This document shows, piece after piece, positions 8,786 to 19,079 of a DNA stretch of 64,000 nt. A program made the translations under genes and the position numbers. The DNA comes from a virus. Taxonomy: Duplodnaviria; Heunggongvirae; Uroviricota; Caudoviricetes. Location: the IMG/VR virus record IMGVR_UViG_3300037312_000757. One strand, given 5' to 3'. The notes beneath the pieces were generated by a model that was given only the letters and a program-made list of their open reading frames with translations, did not search any database and was not told the DNA's origin. How positions within the stretch are numbered: position 1 is the first letter of the stretch; each line of letters begins with the position of its first letter.

Positions 8786-10088
8786 GCAATTCAGACAAGA
8801 TAGCTGTCAAGTCACGACCCAAGGACTGGAATTCCACGAAATTGCCATTCTCATCAAAGATGGCATGCACAATCCAGTCTTGAATCTCTGTTACACCGTT
8901 CATCATCTCGAAGTGCAATTGGAAACGACCAGTTGGGCGGTGTGCATCCAAATTCATCAGCATGTCATGGTAACTTTGACGGTCTGATGCCGGGATACTT
9001 TCCAAAAAGTTCTTGCCAATCACCTCTTGCTCCGATACACCAAAGTGATCCAAGTAGGCTTTATTCACTCGCTTAATGATACCAAGCTTGTCATAGCTTG
9101 CAAACATGTCAACGCTGTTGTTCACGAAAGCATTATTGACACGTGTGGCGTGCCCCAGATCGTTTTCAAGCTTGCGAATCTCTGTGATGTCTTTCAGCGT
9201 GATGAGACTTGCATTGCTTGTTTCCCACTTGATTAGTGTGCTTGAAACCAGCAGCTCAACCGCTTCACCATTAGCTTTGATGCCTGTTACGACATAGTTC
9301 TTAGGAGAGCTATCACCGTTCATGCGAGCGGTGTGGTGGTCGTTCAGTGTCTTGATACTTTGCTTGTGGAAGAAGCCTGTTAGTGGCTTTGCGATGAAGC
9401 TCTCACTTGGATAACCAAGTACGCGAGTGATTGCTGGATTAGCGGCTACAATATGATAGTTCTGCACCACAATGATACCGTCGAAGCTTTGTTCAAATAC
9501 TGAACGGTAACGACTTTCGTTCAACTTCAGTTCACGTTGCATTTCCATAGTAGTGCTAACATCTCGAACCAAAAGCATTGAAATGTTAGAACCGTCCATG
9601 CGTTGCATATGAGTAATTGAACCGTCGATCCAGAACAGATCACCGGTCTTGCGCTTTCCACGCAAAGTCTCAAATGGCGTGTTCATCAACGCATCTGGGT
9701 GATACGCCGAGAACATGTCAAGGATTTCACGTGGTGAAATCGATGGCTCACCAATTTTACGGAACAGCAGATCGATTGAATGGCCTACAACGTCAGTTGA
9801 CTTCCATCCAAAAATCAACTCTGCCGCTGGGTTGAATGACTCAATCTTGCCGCTGTCTGAACAGACGATCAGTGCGTCTGCTAGAAGCTTGGATGTTGTC
9901 TCAATTTGACGCAAGCTGTCATCCAAGCGTTCCTTCAAACGGAAAGTCACGTCGTGTGCGGCATCGGCAGTTGACGTAGCTGCTTCAAGTAGAAGCGCTT
10001 GACTGTCATGAATCTTCGCCATTTGTTCAAGCTCACGATCCTGCTTGGCTTGTTTCTTCTTACGATTCCACATGGTAAAAATCCTCAC
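8766..10088 (-). CDS. Multi-PAS-domain protein (coiled coil + 3 PAS, no output domain)
   Basis: Three PAS S-box-like repeats (FNPAAELIFGW, ANPAITRVLGY, VNKAYLDHFGV) each ending in RD/KD-(V/I/L)-(S/T). Confidence 0.85.
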   Translation of the reverse strand: MRIFTMWNRKKKQAKQDRELEQMAKIHDSQALLLEAATSTADAAHDVTFRLKERLDDSLRQIETTSKLLADALIVCSDSGKIESFNPAAELIFGWKSTDVVGHSIDLLFRKIGEPSISPREILDMFSAYHPDALMNTPFETLRGKRKTGDLFWIDGSITHMQRMDGSNISMLLVRDVSTTMEMQRELKLNESRYRSVFEQSFDGIIVVQNYHIVAANPAITRVLGYPSESFIAKPLTGFFHKQSIKTLNDHHTARMNGDSSPKNYVVTGIKANGEAVELLVSSTLIKWETSNASLITLKDITEIRKLENDLGHATRVNNAFVNNSVDMFASYDKLGIIKRVNKAYLDHFGVSEQEVIGKNFLESIPASDRQSYHDMLMNLDAHRPTGRFQLHFEMMNGVTEIQDWIVHAIFDENGNFVEFQSLGRDLTAILSELLNPGAA

Positions 10089-10342
10089 AGCTTGCCTTTG
10101 ATCTCAAACAGAACGAACTTCAAGCTGTTCAACGCTTCACTTAGCGTTACGTTACCCTTAGTGTAGTCCTCAATGATTTTGTCGATCTTATCATCTTTCT
10201 TTTCGATCTCTTCAAGCAAACGCTTGCGTTCGTACCACAGGAACAAGATGATTATGATGAGAACTGCGATAATAGCAGCTGGTCCGCCTCCCAGAAGTAC
10301 GCCGAAAAGTTTTTCAAATAGTGTGTCCATATTGCCGCCCAT
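10085..10342 (-). CDS. Small single-TM coiled-coil protein (holin-like or membrane anchor)
   Basis: One TM helix plus charged coiled coil; overlaps the PAS gene start; TAAATA at 10361-10366. Confidence 0.65.
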   Translation of the reverse strand: MGGNMDTLFEKLFGVLLGGGPAAIIAVLIIIILFLWYERKRLLEEIEKKDDKIDKIIEDYTKGNVTLSEALNSLKFVLFEIKGKL

Positions 10343-10441
10343 CGCGAAAGGGGTTTATCGTATTTATGGGTCCCACTCGCTCACTTAAATCGCCTGTTTA
10401 ACTTACATAATGTAACACTCCAGATTCTTTAGCCAAAAGAA

Positions 10442-10467
10442 AAACGGCTAGGTTGCCCTAGCCGTTT
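10442..10467. terminator. Intrinsic terminator
   Basis: AAACGGCTAG-GTTGCC-CTAGCCGTTT. Confidence 0.7.
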
Positions 10468-10486
10468 AAACGAATCTTGTGTGCGT

Positions 10487-10792
10487 TTACATGAAACGCA
10501 GCTTGAAGAACATGGCCATGTCGCTGTCTACAAACTCGAATGCCAGTCCATGAAAGTACATTTTCTCCTTGCGATCGTCGAACAGCCCAAACATCCTGTA
10601 GTCTTTCGGAGTAAGTTCATTGTCCGAAAACCACTCTTTCAACTCGCTAACGCTGTGATCTTGCGTGATCACTACACGAAACTCCTGCAGATTTTGGTTA
10701 CGGGGGATGCGCGTTGCACACTTCCGAATCTTGTCAGCGTTGAAACGGCTTGCTTTTGCTTGATTCCAGTTGTAGTTAGTCTGTACGATCAT
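10487..10792 (-). CDS. Dispersed member of the D-x3-A-(V/M)-x-F-K-L small paralog family
   Basis: C-terminus DSDMAMFFKLRFM resembles 40368..40754 (DDTMAVDFKLRFM). Confidence 0.6.
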   Translation of the reverse strand: MIVQTNYNWNQAKASRFNADKIRKCATRIPRNQNLQEFRVVITQDHSVSELKEWFSDNELTPKDYRMFGLFDDRKEKMYFHGLAFEFVDSDMAMFFKLRFM

Positions 10793-10979
10793 TTCCCTTA
10801 TTGGCTCCGAAAGGGATTAAACAAAAACTGCGCTTGGGTGAACATCAAGGGTTTTGTGCTGCCGTCCGACTTTTCGATCTTGCCAGTAAGACTTACTGAT
10901 GTAACTTTTACTGGTCTCCCACGCGTCTGTCGTTGTTTTTGTGCATCACAGAAGCAAGTATAGCTGAGCTGTGGCTGCG

Positions 10980-11726
10980 TCAAAGCATTTGTAATAGTAT
11001 TATCCGCATCGATTTGCAATTCTGCAACACTACACATTCGCCAAGCGATTCAACATCCCAGTTCCCACCCAGTAAGAGTTGCAGCTTCTTGGCAACGAGC
11101 TTACCACCGTCGTTCATACTGACGGCAGCTTCGTTCAGATGGTACTGATTGAACAGGCGGTCCTTTTGACCGAATGACAAGAACGTGAGGTGTACAGATT
11201 CACCCGCGCCACACAATGACAAAGACGCACCTTCAAGAATAACATCATTAAGATCGCTTGCGTGGAAAAATTCATGTATTTGACTGCCCAATTCAGCAGC
11301 CATGACGCGTGCAACAAGCTTGACGTTAAACGCTTGGGTGCCTTTAACCGTGCGAAGGCGCATGCGCCAATCATTGATGCCGGCGAGGGCACCAACGTCA
11401 CGTAGAATGTTCTGAATGGCTTCTGCAAGCTTGTTATTCAGAGGCAATTCGACGAACACCATATAGTAGCCACGCACGTCGGGTGCGGGTGAAATATCGG
11501 TGTCGAGCAGATCAACATAGCTCTTCTGGATGAAGCGATTCAAGTCTTGTGCTGCGCTGCGGTCTTTCACATAGAACGCGAGCACAATTGCGGACTCGTC
11601 AATCTTGCTGTTGTATTCGTCAATGCTAACCACGTCGCTAACCAAGTTCTTGAGGTCATTGCGACGCAAGCCTTCATTCAGCAAATCGCTCGCAATTGAA
11701 TCGGGGCGTGCTTTACGTTCACTCAT
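10980..11726 (-). CDS. Hypothetical jumbo-phage protein
   Basis: Start moved to ATG 11726 (MSERKAR...), which has a GGAG/AAGG RBS. Confidence 0.65.
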   Translation of the reverse strand: MSERKARPDSIASDLLNEGLRRNDLKNLVSDVVSIDEYNSKIDESAIVLAFYVKDRSAAQDLNRFIQKSYVDLLDTDISPAPDVRGYYMVFVELPLNNKLAEAIQNILRDVGALAGINDWRMRLRTVKGTQAFNVKLVARVMAAELGSQIHEFFHASDLNDVILEGASLSLCGAGESVHLTFLSFGQKDRLFNQYHLNEAAVSMNDGGKLVAKKLQLLLGGNWDVESLGECVVLQNCKSMRIILLQML

Positions 11727-12228
11727 TGCCTTCATCTCCACCAGCTTCTGATGCGTCACTCTGGGTGGCATCAATGCCGTCATCCGCAGTGTGGTATGCA
11801 GTGTCAGCGTTTACACCATCATCGACTGAACTATTCACATCATCAGCGTCAATGCTTTGATCGTAGAAGTCGACGTCAGAATTGTTCATGCCGCCAAGCA
11901 ACTTGCGTGGAATCTCGATATCGAGAACCCAGCACAAGTGTTGATCGTCATTTTTAAGCTTTTCTACGGGGACTTTGTTGTACTTGACGTAGATACCGTG
12001 CTTGAGTAGTCGAAGCGCGGCACGAGGATCAGGCATCCCTTCGTAGTCGTATCTGAGTGATACAGTCACCCAGAACTTACGGATCTTTGGGCCCTGCACT
12101 ACTTCACCGTTGAACCAGTGCTTGAACACGTAGATGTCCAGTGAGTCAAGAATGTCCTCGACTTGGATGAGAATATCCAACAGGTGAGGTGTTTCTTCGA
12201 TTGTTTTGAGGTCTAGTTTGTAGTCCAT
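11719..12228 (-). CDS. Hypothetical protein with acidic tail
   Basis: 169-aa ORF; TAAATA at 12248-12253. Confidence 0.65.
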   Translation of the reverse strand: MDYKLDLKTIEETPHLLDILIQVEDILDSLDIYVFKHWFNGEVVQGPKIRKFWVTVSLRYDYEGMPDPRAALRLLKHGIYVKYNKVPVEKLKNDDQHLCWVLDIEIPRKLLGGMNNSDVDFYDQSIDADDVNSSVDDGVNADTAYHTADDGIDATQSDASEAGGDEGNE

Positions 12229-12328
12229 ATTAATTTCCCGCTTCAGCTATTTATGTATGCCGGAAATGAAAAGGAGGGTTGGCCCCTCCTGTTAAGCCAA
12301 CCCTCGGTCCACCTTAGTGGAGTGAAAC

Positions 12329-13168
12329 TTACTTAGCGAACTTCTCGAATGCTCGTTGGAAACGAGCAGCCTTCTCGTCAACAACTTCTTCGCCTTCGTC
12401 GTATAGCGCCAAGATCTCTTCGATAATTGGGTGACGTTCAACATCACCTGCATCGAACTCGAGAACTGAAATGTGGTCTGACTTCTTGTCAGCAAAGCGA
12501 CCGATGAAGTCCTTGAGACCGTTCTTTTCAAAACCACGATCGTGCTGGTTAACGTCACCAGTAATGATCATCTTGCTGTTTTCACCAATACGGGTAAGAA
12601 CCATCTTCATCTGATTTGGTGTTGAGTTTTGGCACTCGTCGAACAGAACCACAGCGTTTTTCAGTGTACGACCGCGCATGTAAGCCAGAGGAGCGATTTC
12701 GATCATTTCGTCTTCGATCATCTTCTCAATTTGCTGTGGTGTGTAGTATTCCTTGAACACATCCATGATTGGAATCACCCATGGGGCCATCTTTTCAATC
12801 AGTGTGCCTGGAAGGAAACCATGTTCTTCATCAACCGAAACTGCTGGGCGTGTGATGATAATCTTGTCTACTTGCCCTTCCTTCAATGCCTTGATCGCGT
12901 ACATTGTGGCGAGGAGTGTCTTACCAGAACCAGCTGGGCCGGTTGCGAACACGATGTATTGTTGTTCGTCTTCGAGAGCTTTGATGTATTTTTCCTGTGT
13001 GAGGCTTCTTGGGATGAGGTCAACGCGACGTTTGCGTGGGACATAGCGTTCGGTTTCTTGGACATCGTAACCAGGTTTGTACTGTTGGGTGTTACGATTT
13101 GCATTGCGTTCAGCGCGTGGGTTTGGTTTATCAGCGCGTTTAGCTCTTTTGGTCACTCCAGCCTCCAA
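12329..13168 (-). CDS. phoH: PhoH-family ATPase
   Basis: GPAGSGKT Walker A, ITRPAV, GFLPG, YMRGRT, DECQN, TGDVNQHD. Confidence 0.95.
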   Translation of the reverse strand: MEAGVTKRAKRADKPNPRAERNANRNTQQYKPGYDVQETERYVPRKRRVDLIPRSLTQEKYIKALEDEQQYIVFATGPAGSGKTLLATMYAIKALKEGQVDKIIITRPAVSVDEEHGFLPGTLIEKMAPWVIPIMDVFKEYYTPQQIEKMIEDEMIEIAPLAYMRGRTLKNAVVLFDECQNSTPNQMKMVLTRIGENSKMIITGDVNQHDRGFEKNGLKDFIGRFADKKSDHISVLEFDAGDVERHPIIEEILALYDEGEEVVDEKAARFQRAFEKFAK

Positions 13169-13383
13169 ATGCTTTAGGATGTGAATTTGTTTAAAACTAC
13201 TAACTTAATTGGCTGTTCTTCGTTATTTATGTACGCAGTTAACGACTTTTGTATAGCTTTATCTCAGCCAATTTCGTTATAAATGGAACCCTTGGTGGTT
13301 TCCACTTGGCAAAAAGCCAGCACCAACAGGGTTTCTGTCAGTTGCTGGCTTTTGTTTTACTGCTCGATTCTTCAAAGTATTGC

Positions 13384-13608
13384 TTATGTTACGTCTGCTA
13401 CTGTTTCATGTTCATACTCCCAATCATCACCTAGGAGTACATTTACGGCATCGAAAAAGCCTTCTGCTCTTTGCCTGCCTTTTTCGTGATAATGATCACC
13501 GTATTGTGCGACTAGCTCATCATCTTGAAATATTTCAATGTAACAGTAGTCGCCATTACAATCTGGGTCACTTTCCAGATAATGCACTACTTCTCTGAAT
13601 ACTGTCAT
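13384..13608 (-). CDS. Hypothetical acidic protein
   Basis: Coupled to the upstream gene (TAATG). Confidence 0.55.
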   Translation of the reverse strand: MTVFREVVHYLESDPDCNGDYCYIEIFQDDELVAQYGDHYHEKGRQRAEGFFDAVNVLLGDDWEYEHETVADVT

Positions 13609-14168
13609 TATTCAGCCTTTGCTTTTGCCTTGCGCTTTGGCTTTGCTTCGGCAATAGGTTCTGCTTCAACTACTTGGGCAACTTCAGCAGTTGTGCCCAG
13701 AGCGCGTTCAACCGTTTCGTCGGTGCCGCCTGTTTGCTTGATTACGGCTGCTACAGACTGCGCCAAATCCTCTGGTGCAATTTCCACAGCAGGGGCGTCA
13801 GACGTGAGATCGAGAGCTGGCAGGCCCTTTCTGGCGCGTTCCTGAGCTTGTTGCTCAACCCAGATACCAACAGCCTCGGTGGTCTCTTTGCGGTACTTTG
13901 ACAGGTAATGCTTCATCAGGTCGTCAGCCTTGATATCTGGGAAACCGTTCTTGACGACCGTTGCTTCCATAACGTCGATAACAACCACTGCGCGGATCAG
14001 GTCCTTTTCCTTTACGCGATCAACGAAGTTGATGCTTTCATAAACTGACCATTGCCCGCCGTTCAGATCGGCCCAACCCGGTTTTGCAGTGTTAGCACCT
14101 TGTGCTGGGCGGTACGAGTTGTACACCAGCATGAAGGGGCGCTTCGAGAGATATTTCTTGTTGTACAT
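13608..14168 (-). CDS. Hypothetical protein
   Basis: 186-aa ORF in a minus-strand operon. Confidence 0.65.
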   Translation of the reverse strand: MYNKKYLSKRPFMLVYNSYRPAQGANTAKPGWADLNGGQWSVYESINFVDRVKEKDLIRAVVVIDVMEATVVKNGFPDIKADDLMKHYLSKYRKETTEAVGIWVEQQAQERARKGLPALDLTSDAPAVEIAPEDLAQSVAAVIKQTGGTDETVERALGTTAEVAQVVEAEPIAEAKPKRKAKAKAE

Positions 14169-14181
14169 TGTTCTTTTTCTT

Positions 14182-14577
14182 TTAAAAGTCTTCGGTCACT
14201 TCGGAGAGGTCTTCGATATGAATGTCTTTCTCGAATCCTACCGAGCCGCCATAATAGCCATTGTGCGAGTTGCGGACTTCAATGTCAATATAACCATACG
14301 TCGTCATCAAAGTCCAAAACGCCGCTTCTTCGACTTCTTGGCGAGTTGATTCGCATGGCGTCCAATCTTTCTCTTCGATAAAGAGAACCACACAACCATT
14401 CATCCCATCATTAACAGGCAATGACACATGATTAAACCAAACGTCATTGCAGCAGGAATTCAAGGCCGTGAACACATAGTCGCCATCAGTAGTCGCAAAG
14501 ACTAGGTGATAGTTATTTGGATCAGTGTAGATACCAGTGATAGTACGGCCGATGATGGGATCAAATGCTGTTGCCAT
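14182..14577 (-). CDS. Hypothetical phage protein
   Basis: CCNDVW and SHNGYYGG motifs, seen in phage hypothetical proteins. Confidence 0.65.
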   Translation of the reverse strand: MATAFDPIIGRTITGIYTDPNNYHLVFATTDGDYVFTALNSCCNDVWFNHVSLPVNDGMNGCVVLFIEEKDWTPCESTRQEVEEAAFWTLMTTYGYIDIEVRNSHNGYYGGSVGFEKDIHIEDLSEVTEDF

Positions 14578-15504
14578 TTATTGCTTAGTGATGTTGATCA
14601 ATTCAACAATTGTTGCCGCCAAGTTGATCTCAATGTCTGCAACCAAGCTATGGTTCACCAGACCCTTGCGGATAACCAGCAGTGCATCGTTTTGTTGTTC
14701 TTCCGTGTTGCCCCAGAATTGCAGATTCTGGTACATGAAACGGTAGATATCGTTGTACTCTTCAGGCTGCGCTTGTGCGACTACCAACTTACGTGCTTCA
14801 GTGTATTTGCCTGATGCAAACAAGTTAGCCATTTCCAGCATGTAGTCTTTGCCGCCACTATCAGCTTTCTGCGGCGATTGCAGCTTACCGTCACGCACGT
14901 TTTGCTGAAGCAGGTTGATACACTTGCGCAAATCTGGGTGCGTCATATCAACGTATTCTTCCATCGTTTCGATGTCAAACTCAATATTTTCTGTTGCCAG
15001 AATTGTGCCAATGCGCACCATGAATTCGCTCACATCGAGCGCTTCAAAGTGGAAACCTTGGCAACGGCTATGAATAGCCGGGATGATTTTGTTTGGGTAG
15101 TTGCACGTAAGAATGAAGCGCGCCGTGTCGTGATACTTTTCCATTTCACCACGCAGAATACGTTGCGCAAGTGGTGACATTGAATCAGCTTCGTCAAGCA
15201 ATACATACTTGAAGTCGCCAAGCGGCCATGTGCTAACAAAGTTGACAATCTTGTCTTGCACCACGTCGGCATTACGTTCGCGCGACGCGTTGATCTCAAG
15301 AATGTCACCCTTGTTCACGTTCAACAACTTTAGCATCATCAACGCAAGTGACGTCTTACCGGAGCCTTGGACTCCACTCAGCAGCAAGTGTGGCAGTGCG
15401 CCATTCTTGAGCCATTGTTCAACTTGTTCACGTTGTGCGGGATCACGCCACACATACTCTTCGAGTGTTTGCGGGCGATAGGCCTCAGTCCAAAGCTTTG
15501 TCAT
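14578..15504 (-). CDS. Sliding-clamp loader AAA+ subunit (RFC small subunit / gp44-like)
   Basis: WTEAYRP, PHLLLSG..GSGKT, INAS, LLDEAD, SRC motifs. Confidence 0.95.
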   Translation of the reverse strand: MTKLWTEAYRPQTLEEYVWRDPAQREQVEQWLKNGALPHLLLSGVQGSGKTSLALMMLKLLNVNKGDILEINASRERNADVVQDKIVNFVSTWPLGDFKYVLLDEADSMSPLAQRILRGEMEKYHDTARFILTCNYPNKIIPAIHSRCQGFHFEALDVSEFMVRIGTILATENIEFDIETMEEYVDMTHPDLRKCINLLQQNVRDGKLQSPQKADSGGKDYMLEMANLFASGKYTEARKLVVAQAQPEEYNDIYRFMYQNLQFWGNTEEQQNDALLVIRKGLVNHSLVADIEINLAATIVELINITKQ

Positions 15505-15517
15505 TTTTTTGTTCTTG

Positions 15518-15874
15518 TTATTTGATCAGTTCAGATGTGTCAAGCGGGCAAGTATCTGTGACAACTTCTACGCTGTCTGGATACTCAACTTGCCATAGTG
15601 TAATGGTTTCCCCTTCCGGAGTCACATATTCAAAACCATTAGTCCAACGGCCATGCTTGACGTAAATCCACTGACCGGCTTGCAGATCGTCAACTTGTGG
15701 TCCAACGAGATAAACTTGGCACCAGCGTGGGCGAATGCCGTGTTCTTTCATATTGTCGTCACGCAGAATAATACCACCTGTTGAAACGCGAGCGCCCTTT
15801 TCCATGTTTGTGACATAGACAACATTGCGAAGGGGACGAAGTGTGCCTGTAACGGCTGATGAATGGGTTGCCAT
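15518..15874 (-). CDS. GroES-like co-chaperonin
   Basis: LRPLRNVVYV...STGGIIL...VYLVGP pattern of Cpn10. Confidence 0.75.
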   Translation of the reverse strand: MATHSSAVTGTLRPLRNVVYVTNMEKGARVSTGGIILRDDNMKEHGIRPRWCQVYLVGPQVDDLQAGQWIYVKHGRWTNGFEYVTPEGETITLWQVEYPDSVEVVTDTCPLDTSELIK

Positions 15875-16002
15875 CTTGTTATTTCTCCTAATCCCGCTAT
15901 TTTATGCCACATGTAATGGCATGTCAAAATTCGTGCCAGAAAAAGGATGGGTCGGTAATTGCTTACCGACCCCTAGGAGAGAAAGAACAATGGCCTTACT
16001 GC

Positions 16003-16365
16003 TTAATCGTTGAAGTCATCCTTCAAGATCTTCTTGCCGCTCTTCGGTGCAGTATTAACCGGAGCGGCAGTTTGTGACTCAGCTGACTTCTGGGCTAGAG
16101 CCTTAGCTTGGGCCATGACTTCAGCTGGGGTCAAAAAGGTATCGGGTGTAACTTCCTTCAGGCTGACGCGGCGGACAGCCTTCGGGTTCTGATTGTGATA
16201 TTCCTGTGCCACTTCTTCACGACGTTTCAGAATCTTACCACCAGGGCCGAGAATATCGCCACGGGCATTCATATTTGCGTTGCCGATCGCGATTTTTGTC
16301 TCGTTCTTGGTCAAGATTGGTGTGACATCAAGACTCTTACCTTTCATCGTTTTCACGCGGTTCAT
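16003..16365 (-). CDS. Hypothetical protein, probably late
   Basis: GNANMNARGDILGPGG; AGGAG RBS; TAAATA at 16394-16399. Confidence 0.65.
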   Translation of the reverse strand: MNRVKTMKGKSLDVTPILTKNETKIAIGNANMNARGDILGPGGKILKRREEVAQEYHNQNPKAVRRVSLKEVTPDTFLTPAEVMAQAKALAQKSAESQTAAPVNTAPKSGKKILKDDFND

Positions 16366-16412
16366 AGGAATCTCCTAAAGTAATCTACTGTTTTATTTAT
16401 AAAGGTGATTCT

Positions 16413-16949
16413 TCAGTCTCTGATGAATTCCTTGATATCCAGCTCATACAGGATGGAGTCAACCTTGTGTACACCGATCAAATAAAGAGCATAGCTGGCA
16501 ACTGAGGAGCCACGCCCTACACCCCACCACACGCCTTCCTCACGCAGGGTAGAGGTCATGTAGATCAAGAAGCTTAGAACGTCTTCCATGGCATGCTTGC
16601 GAAACAGGTCCATTTCCTCAGCGATCCTCGCTCGTTCAATGTCAGTTTTGCAGCGTTCCAGCAGCCAGGCTTCTACATCAACAACTTTTTCATCTTCTGG
16701 CATCAGCCAATGCCGTTGCCGTGCTTTGTGAAAGTCCTCGGGTGAGATATCAAGTGGTTGCGCAAAACTCATGCTCTTTTCGGGAGCGTCAAATGTTTTG
16801 CACCACTTGTTATAAGTCTCGATTTTCTCGGACTGTTCAGCTAGGGCGTCTGGTGTTTGGAAATGTCCGTTGTAGAACATTTCCAAAACGCCTTGTTCGT
16901 TTAGAACAACTCTACCCCAGTCATCAATCTTCTGTGTCGCTATTGTCAT
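16413..16949 (-). CDS. DNA polymerase III alpha (DnaE) fragment
   Basis: R..EE, WGVGRGSSVASYALYLIGVHKVD motif of the DnaE palm region; only 178 aa. Confidence 0.8.
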   Translation of the reverse strand: MTIATQKIDDWGRVVLNEQGVLEMFYNGHFQTPDALAEQSEKIETYNKWCKTFDAPEKSMSFAQPLDISPEDFHKARQRHWLMPEDEKVVDVEAWLLERCKTDIERARIAEEMDLFRKHAMEDVLSFLIYMTSTLREEGVWWGVGRGSSVASYALYLIGVHKVDSILYELDIKEFIRD

Positions 16950-17640
16950 CTAGTCCGCCACTAATGATACGTGGTTTAAATTCAGGTCTGATGATAATAG
17001 CAGCTTCTGAGTCTGTCTTCAAAAATTGCTTTTCGATAAAGCTCATATCGTAGCCAAAGCTTGGTGCCTTGGACAAGTCGGCATTCTCGCCAGGAATGAC
17101 GTCAAAGGTGGTACCATCATTGCGTTCCCACCATGGCTGTGGATGGAATGAACGAGGTCCCACCCATTCAACCATAGACGGCAAATACATTGATGCGTGA
17201 CCCGCGAAACCACAGGTCAGATTCTCACGCGAGTCGCTGTTGATTTCGACAAAACTGAACATAACGTAGCCACCACCAAGCGCATTCAGCTTACTTTGGA
17301 AGATCACAGCAAGGAAATCCTCTGTTGGATCTTCAGGCATAACCATTGGGAAATTGCCAGTACGTTGACGACCTTCATCATCGAACATCATGTCGAGTGC
17401 GAACTCGTTGTCACGGCTAAACATGATAGAACTGCTAACAATGTGGTCGAACCAGAAATGGATTTTCTCGAGTGCGACTGATAGTTGCTGCTCATTGCAG
17501 CTTTCTTTGACATGCACTTCGGTTTTGAGTGAGTGCATATGGGCTGACAAAACATTGTCAATTACTCGAAGAGTCTTGAACTTGAATGTCATCCAACTAA
17601 AAGAGTCTGGGAGTAAATCGTCGTCATCAAATCCGCTCAT
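16924..17640 (-). CDS. Hypothetical protein
   Basis: 238-aa ORF; AAGGA RBS. Confidence 0.65.
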   Translation of the reverse strand: MSGFDDDDLLPDSFSWMTFKFKTLRVIDNVLSAHMHSLKTEVHVKESCNEQQLSVALEKIHFWFDHIVSSSIMFSRDNEFALDMMFDDEGRQRTGNFPMVMPEDPTEDFLAVIFQSKLNALGGGYVMFSFVEINSDSRENLTCGFAGHASMYLPSMVEWVGPRSFHPQPWWERNDGTTFDVIPGENADLSKAPSFGYDMSFIEKQFLKTDSEAAIIIRPEFKPRIISGGLDDNSDTED

Positions 17641-17760
17641 AACATTCCTTTGTGCGGGGCAATCCCCAGATTGAAAGATAAACTTGATGACCGCCGCTGT
17701 GGTTGAACAGCCAATGGGGCAACGGTCATCAAGTTTATTTATTAACTACTCAGTTAAATC

Positions 17761-18144
17761 TTACTGCTTTTTGCCAGTAAGCGGATCGATTTGGTCGCCT
17801 GGTGTTTCAGCAGGCTTCTTGGTCTTCGGTGGGAAGAATGAGGCAAACTTACCACTATTGACACCTGACTTCTTCTTTGTCGTTGTCTCCACTTCCTTCT
17901 TTGGACGGAGATCAGGTTCCGTTTCGATGATGTCTGGAAACATGCGATCACGCATTTCATGCAAGCGAATCAACATGCGTTCTTGCTGTTCATGCTGAAG
18001 AGCTTCCAACATGGCTTGCATTTGTTCAACAATTTGATAGCTGCCCATACCGTAGGCAAACACCAATTTTCCTTGGAGATTCGTGATTTTCTTCACGATC
18101 TCGTCATCACTCATCTTTTTAGGTTCAAAGCCAGGTACGATCAT
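17761..18144 (-). CDS. Hypothetical protein
   Basis: ORF directly downstream of dut. Confidence 0.6.
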   Translation of the reverse strand: MIVPGFEPKKMSDDEIVKKITNLQGKLVFAYGMGSYQIVEQMQAMLEALQHEQQERMLIRLHEMRDRMFPDIIETEPDLRPKKEVETTTKKKSGVNSGKFASFFPPKTKKPAETPGDQIDPLTGKKQ

Positions 18145-18153
18145 TTCATGCGA

Positions 18154-18612
18154 TTACTTTTTGCCGGTCGAGCCAAAGCCGCCGGTGCCACGATCGCTCT
18201 TAGCAAAATTATCAACAACGTTAAATTCAACTTGTTGAACTGGAACGATAACCAGTTGTGCTAAACGATCAAGCGGGTTAAGTGTAAATGCTTCCTCAAC
18301 GCCACCAGTCTTGCGGTTCCAAACTGAAACCATCAGTTGACCTTGATAGTCAGCATCAATCAGGCCAACCAAGTTGCCAAGAACGATACCGTTCTTGTGA
18401 CCTAGACCTGAACGAGGCAGGATCATAGCAGCGAAACTTGGGTCACCAATATGAATTGCCAAGCCTGTTGGGACAAGCACGGTCTCACCAGGTTGAATTG
18501 TTATTGGAGCGTCAATGCAAGCACGCAGATCAAGACCAGCGCTACCAGGAGTTGCGTAAGTTGGCAGCATGTCGTTCATGCGTGCATCTAATACTTTCAG
18601 ATCGATTTTCAT
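18154..18612 (-). CDS. dut: Trimeric dUTPase
   Basis: [33 protein letters not shown] motifs. Confidence 0.97.
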   Translation of the reverse strand: MKIDLKVLDARMNDMLPTYATPGSAGLDLRACIDAPITIQPGETVLVPTGLAIHIGDPSFAAMILPRSGLGHKNGIVLGNLVGLIDADYQGQLMVSVWNRKTGGVEEAFTLNPLDRLAQLVIVPVQQVEFNVVDNFAKSDRGTGGFGSTGKK

Positions 18613-18738
18613 AATTCTTATAGTTGATTGATCGCTGACAGCATCAGCGAGTATTTATTCTGGTAACCAGAAATGAGGATGGTTACAGTATTGCCACATC
18701 AAACAATACTGTAACCAGGGAGACGTGTCAAAATGCGC

Positions 18739-19014
18739 TTAACGCTTGTTTGACTTAGGCGGAGTTGAAGGTGCTGGTGTGAATGCCGGATTTGTGATAC
18801 GATGATATACACCGCATTTAGGGCAGTAAAAATCTATACTGCGGAAAATCAAGTTCTGAGGTTCGAACGATGACTTGTTACCGCAAGGGCATGTATAGGT
18901 GAATGGACCCAAATAGAGCTTGCCAAGATTGGTTGACGGACGCTCTTCAGTTTTGCGTCGGTCAACGTCTTGAGGGAACTTGATTACTTTCACGATGTGT
19001 CTCCGCGTGCTCAA
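18739..19014 (-). CDS. Small Zn-ribbon protein
   Basis: CPC...CPKC. Confidence 0.55.
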   Translation of the reverse strand: MSTRRHIVKVIKFPQDVDRRKTEERPSTNLGKLYLGPFTYTCPCGNKSSFEPQNLIFRSIDFYCPKCGVYHRITNPAFTPAPSTPPKSNKR

Positions 19015-19079
19015 ATATTTATTTGTGATTCCACGGAGACAAAATGCAGTTTTAACCTCCAGGTGAATCTTGCTATACC

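Noticed and set aside
10798-11037. 79-aa minus-strand ORF
   Set aside because: The 3' half looks protein-like but no convincing start or RBS could be placed; not called
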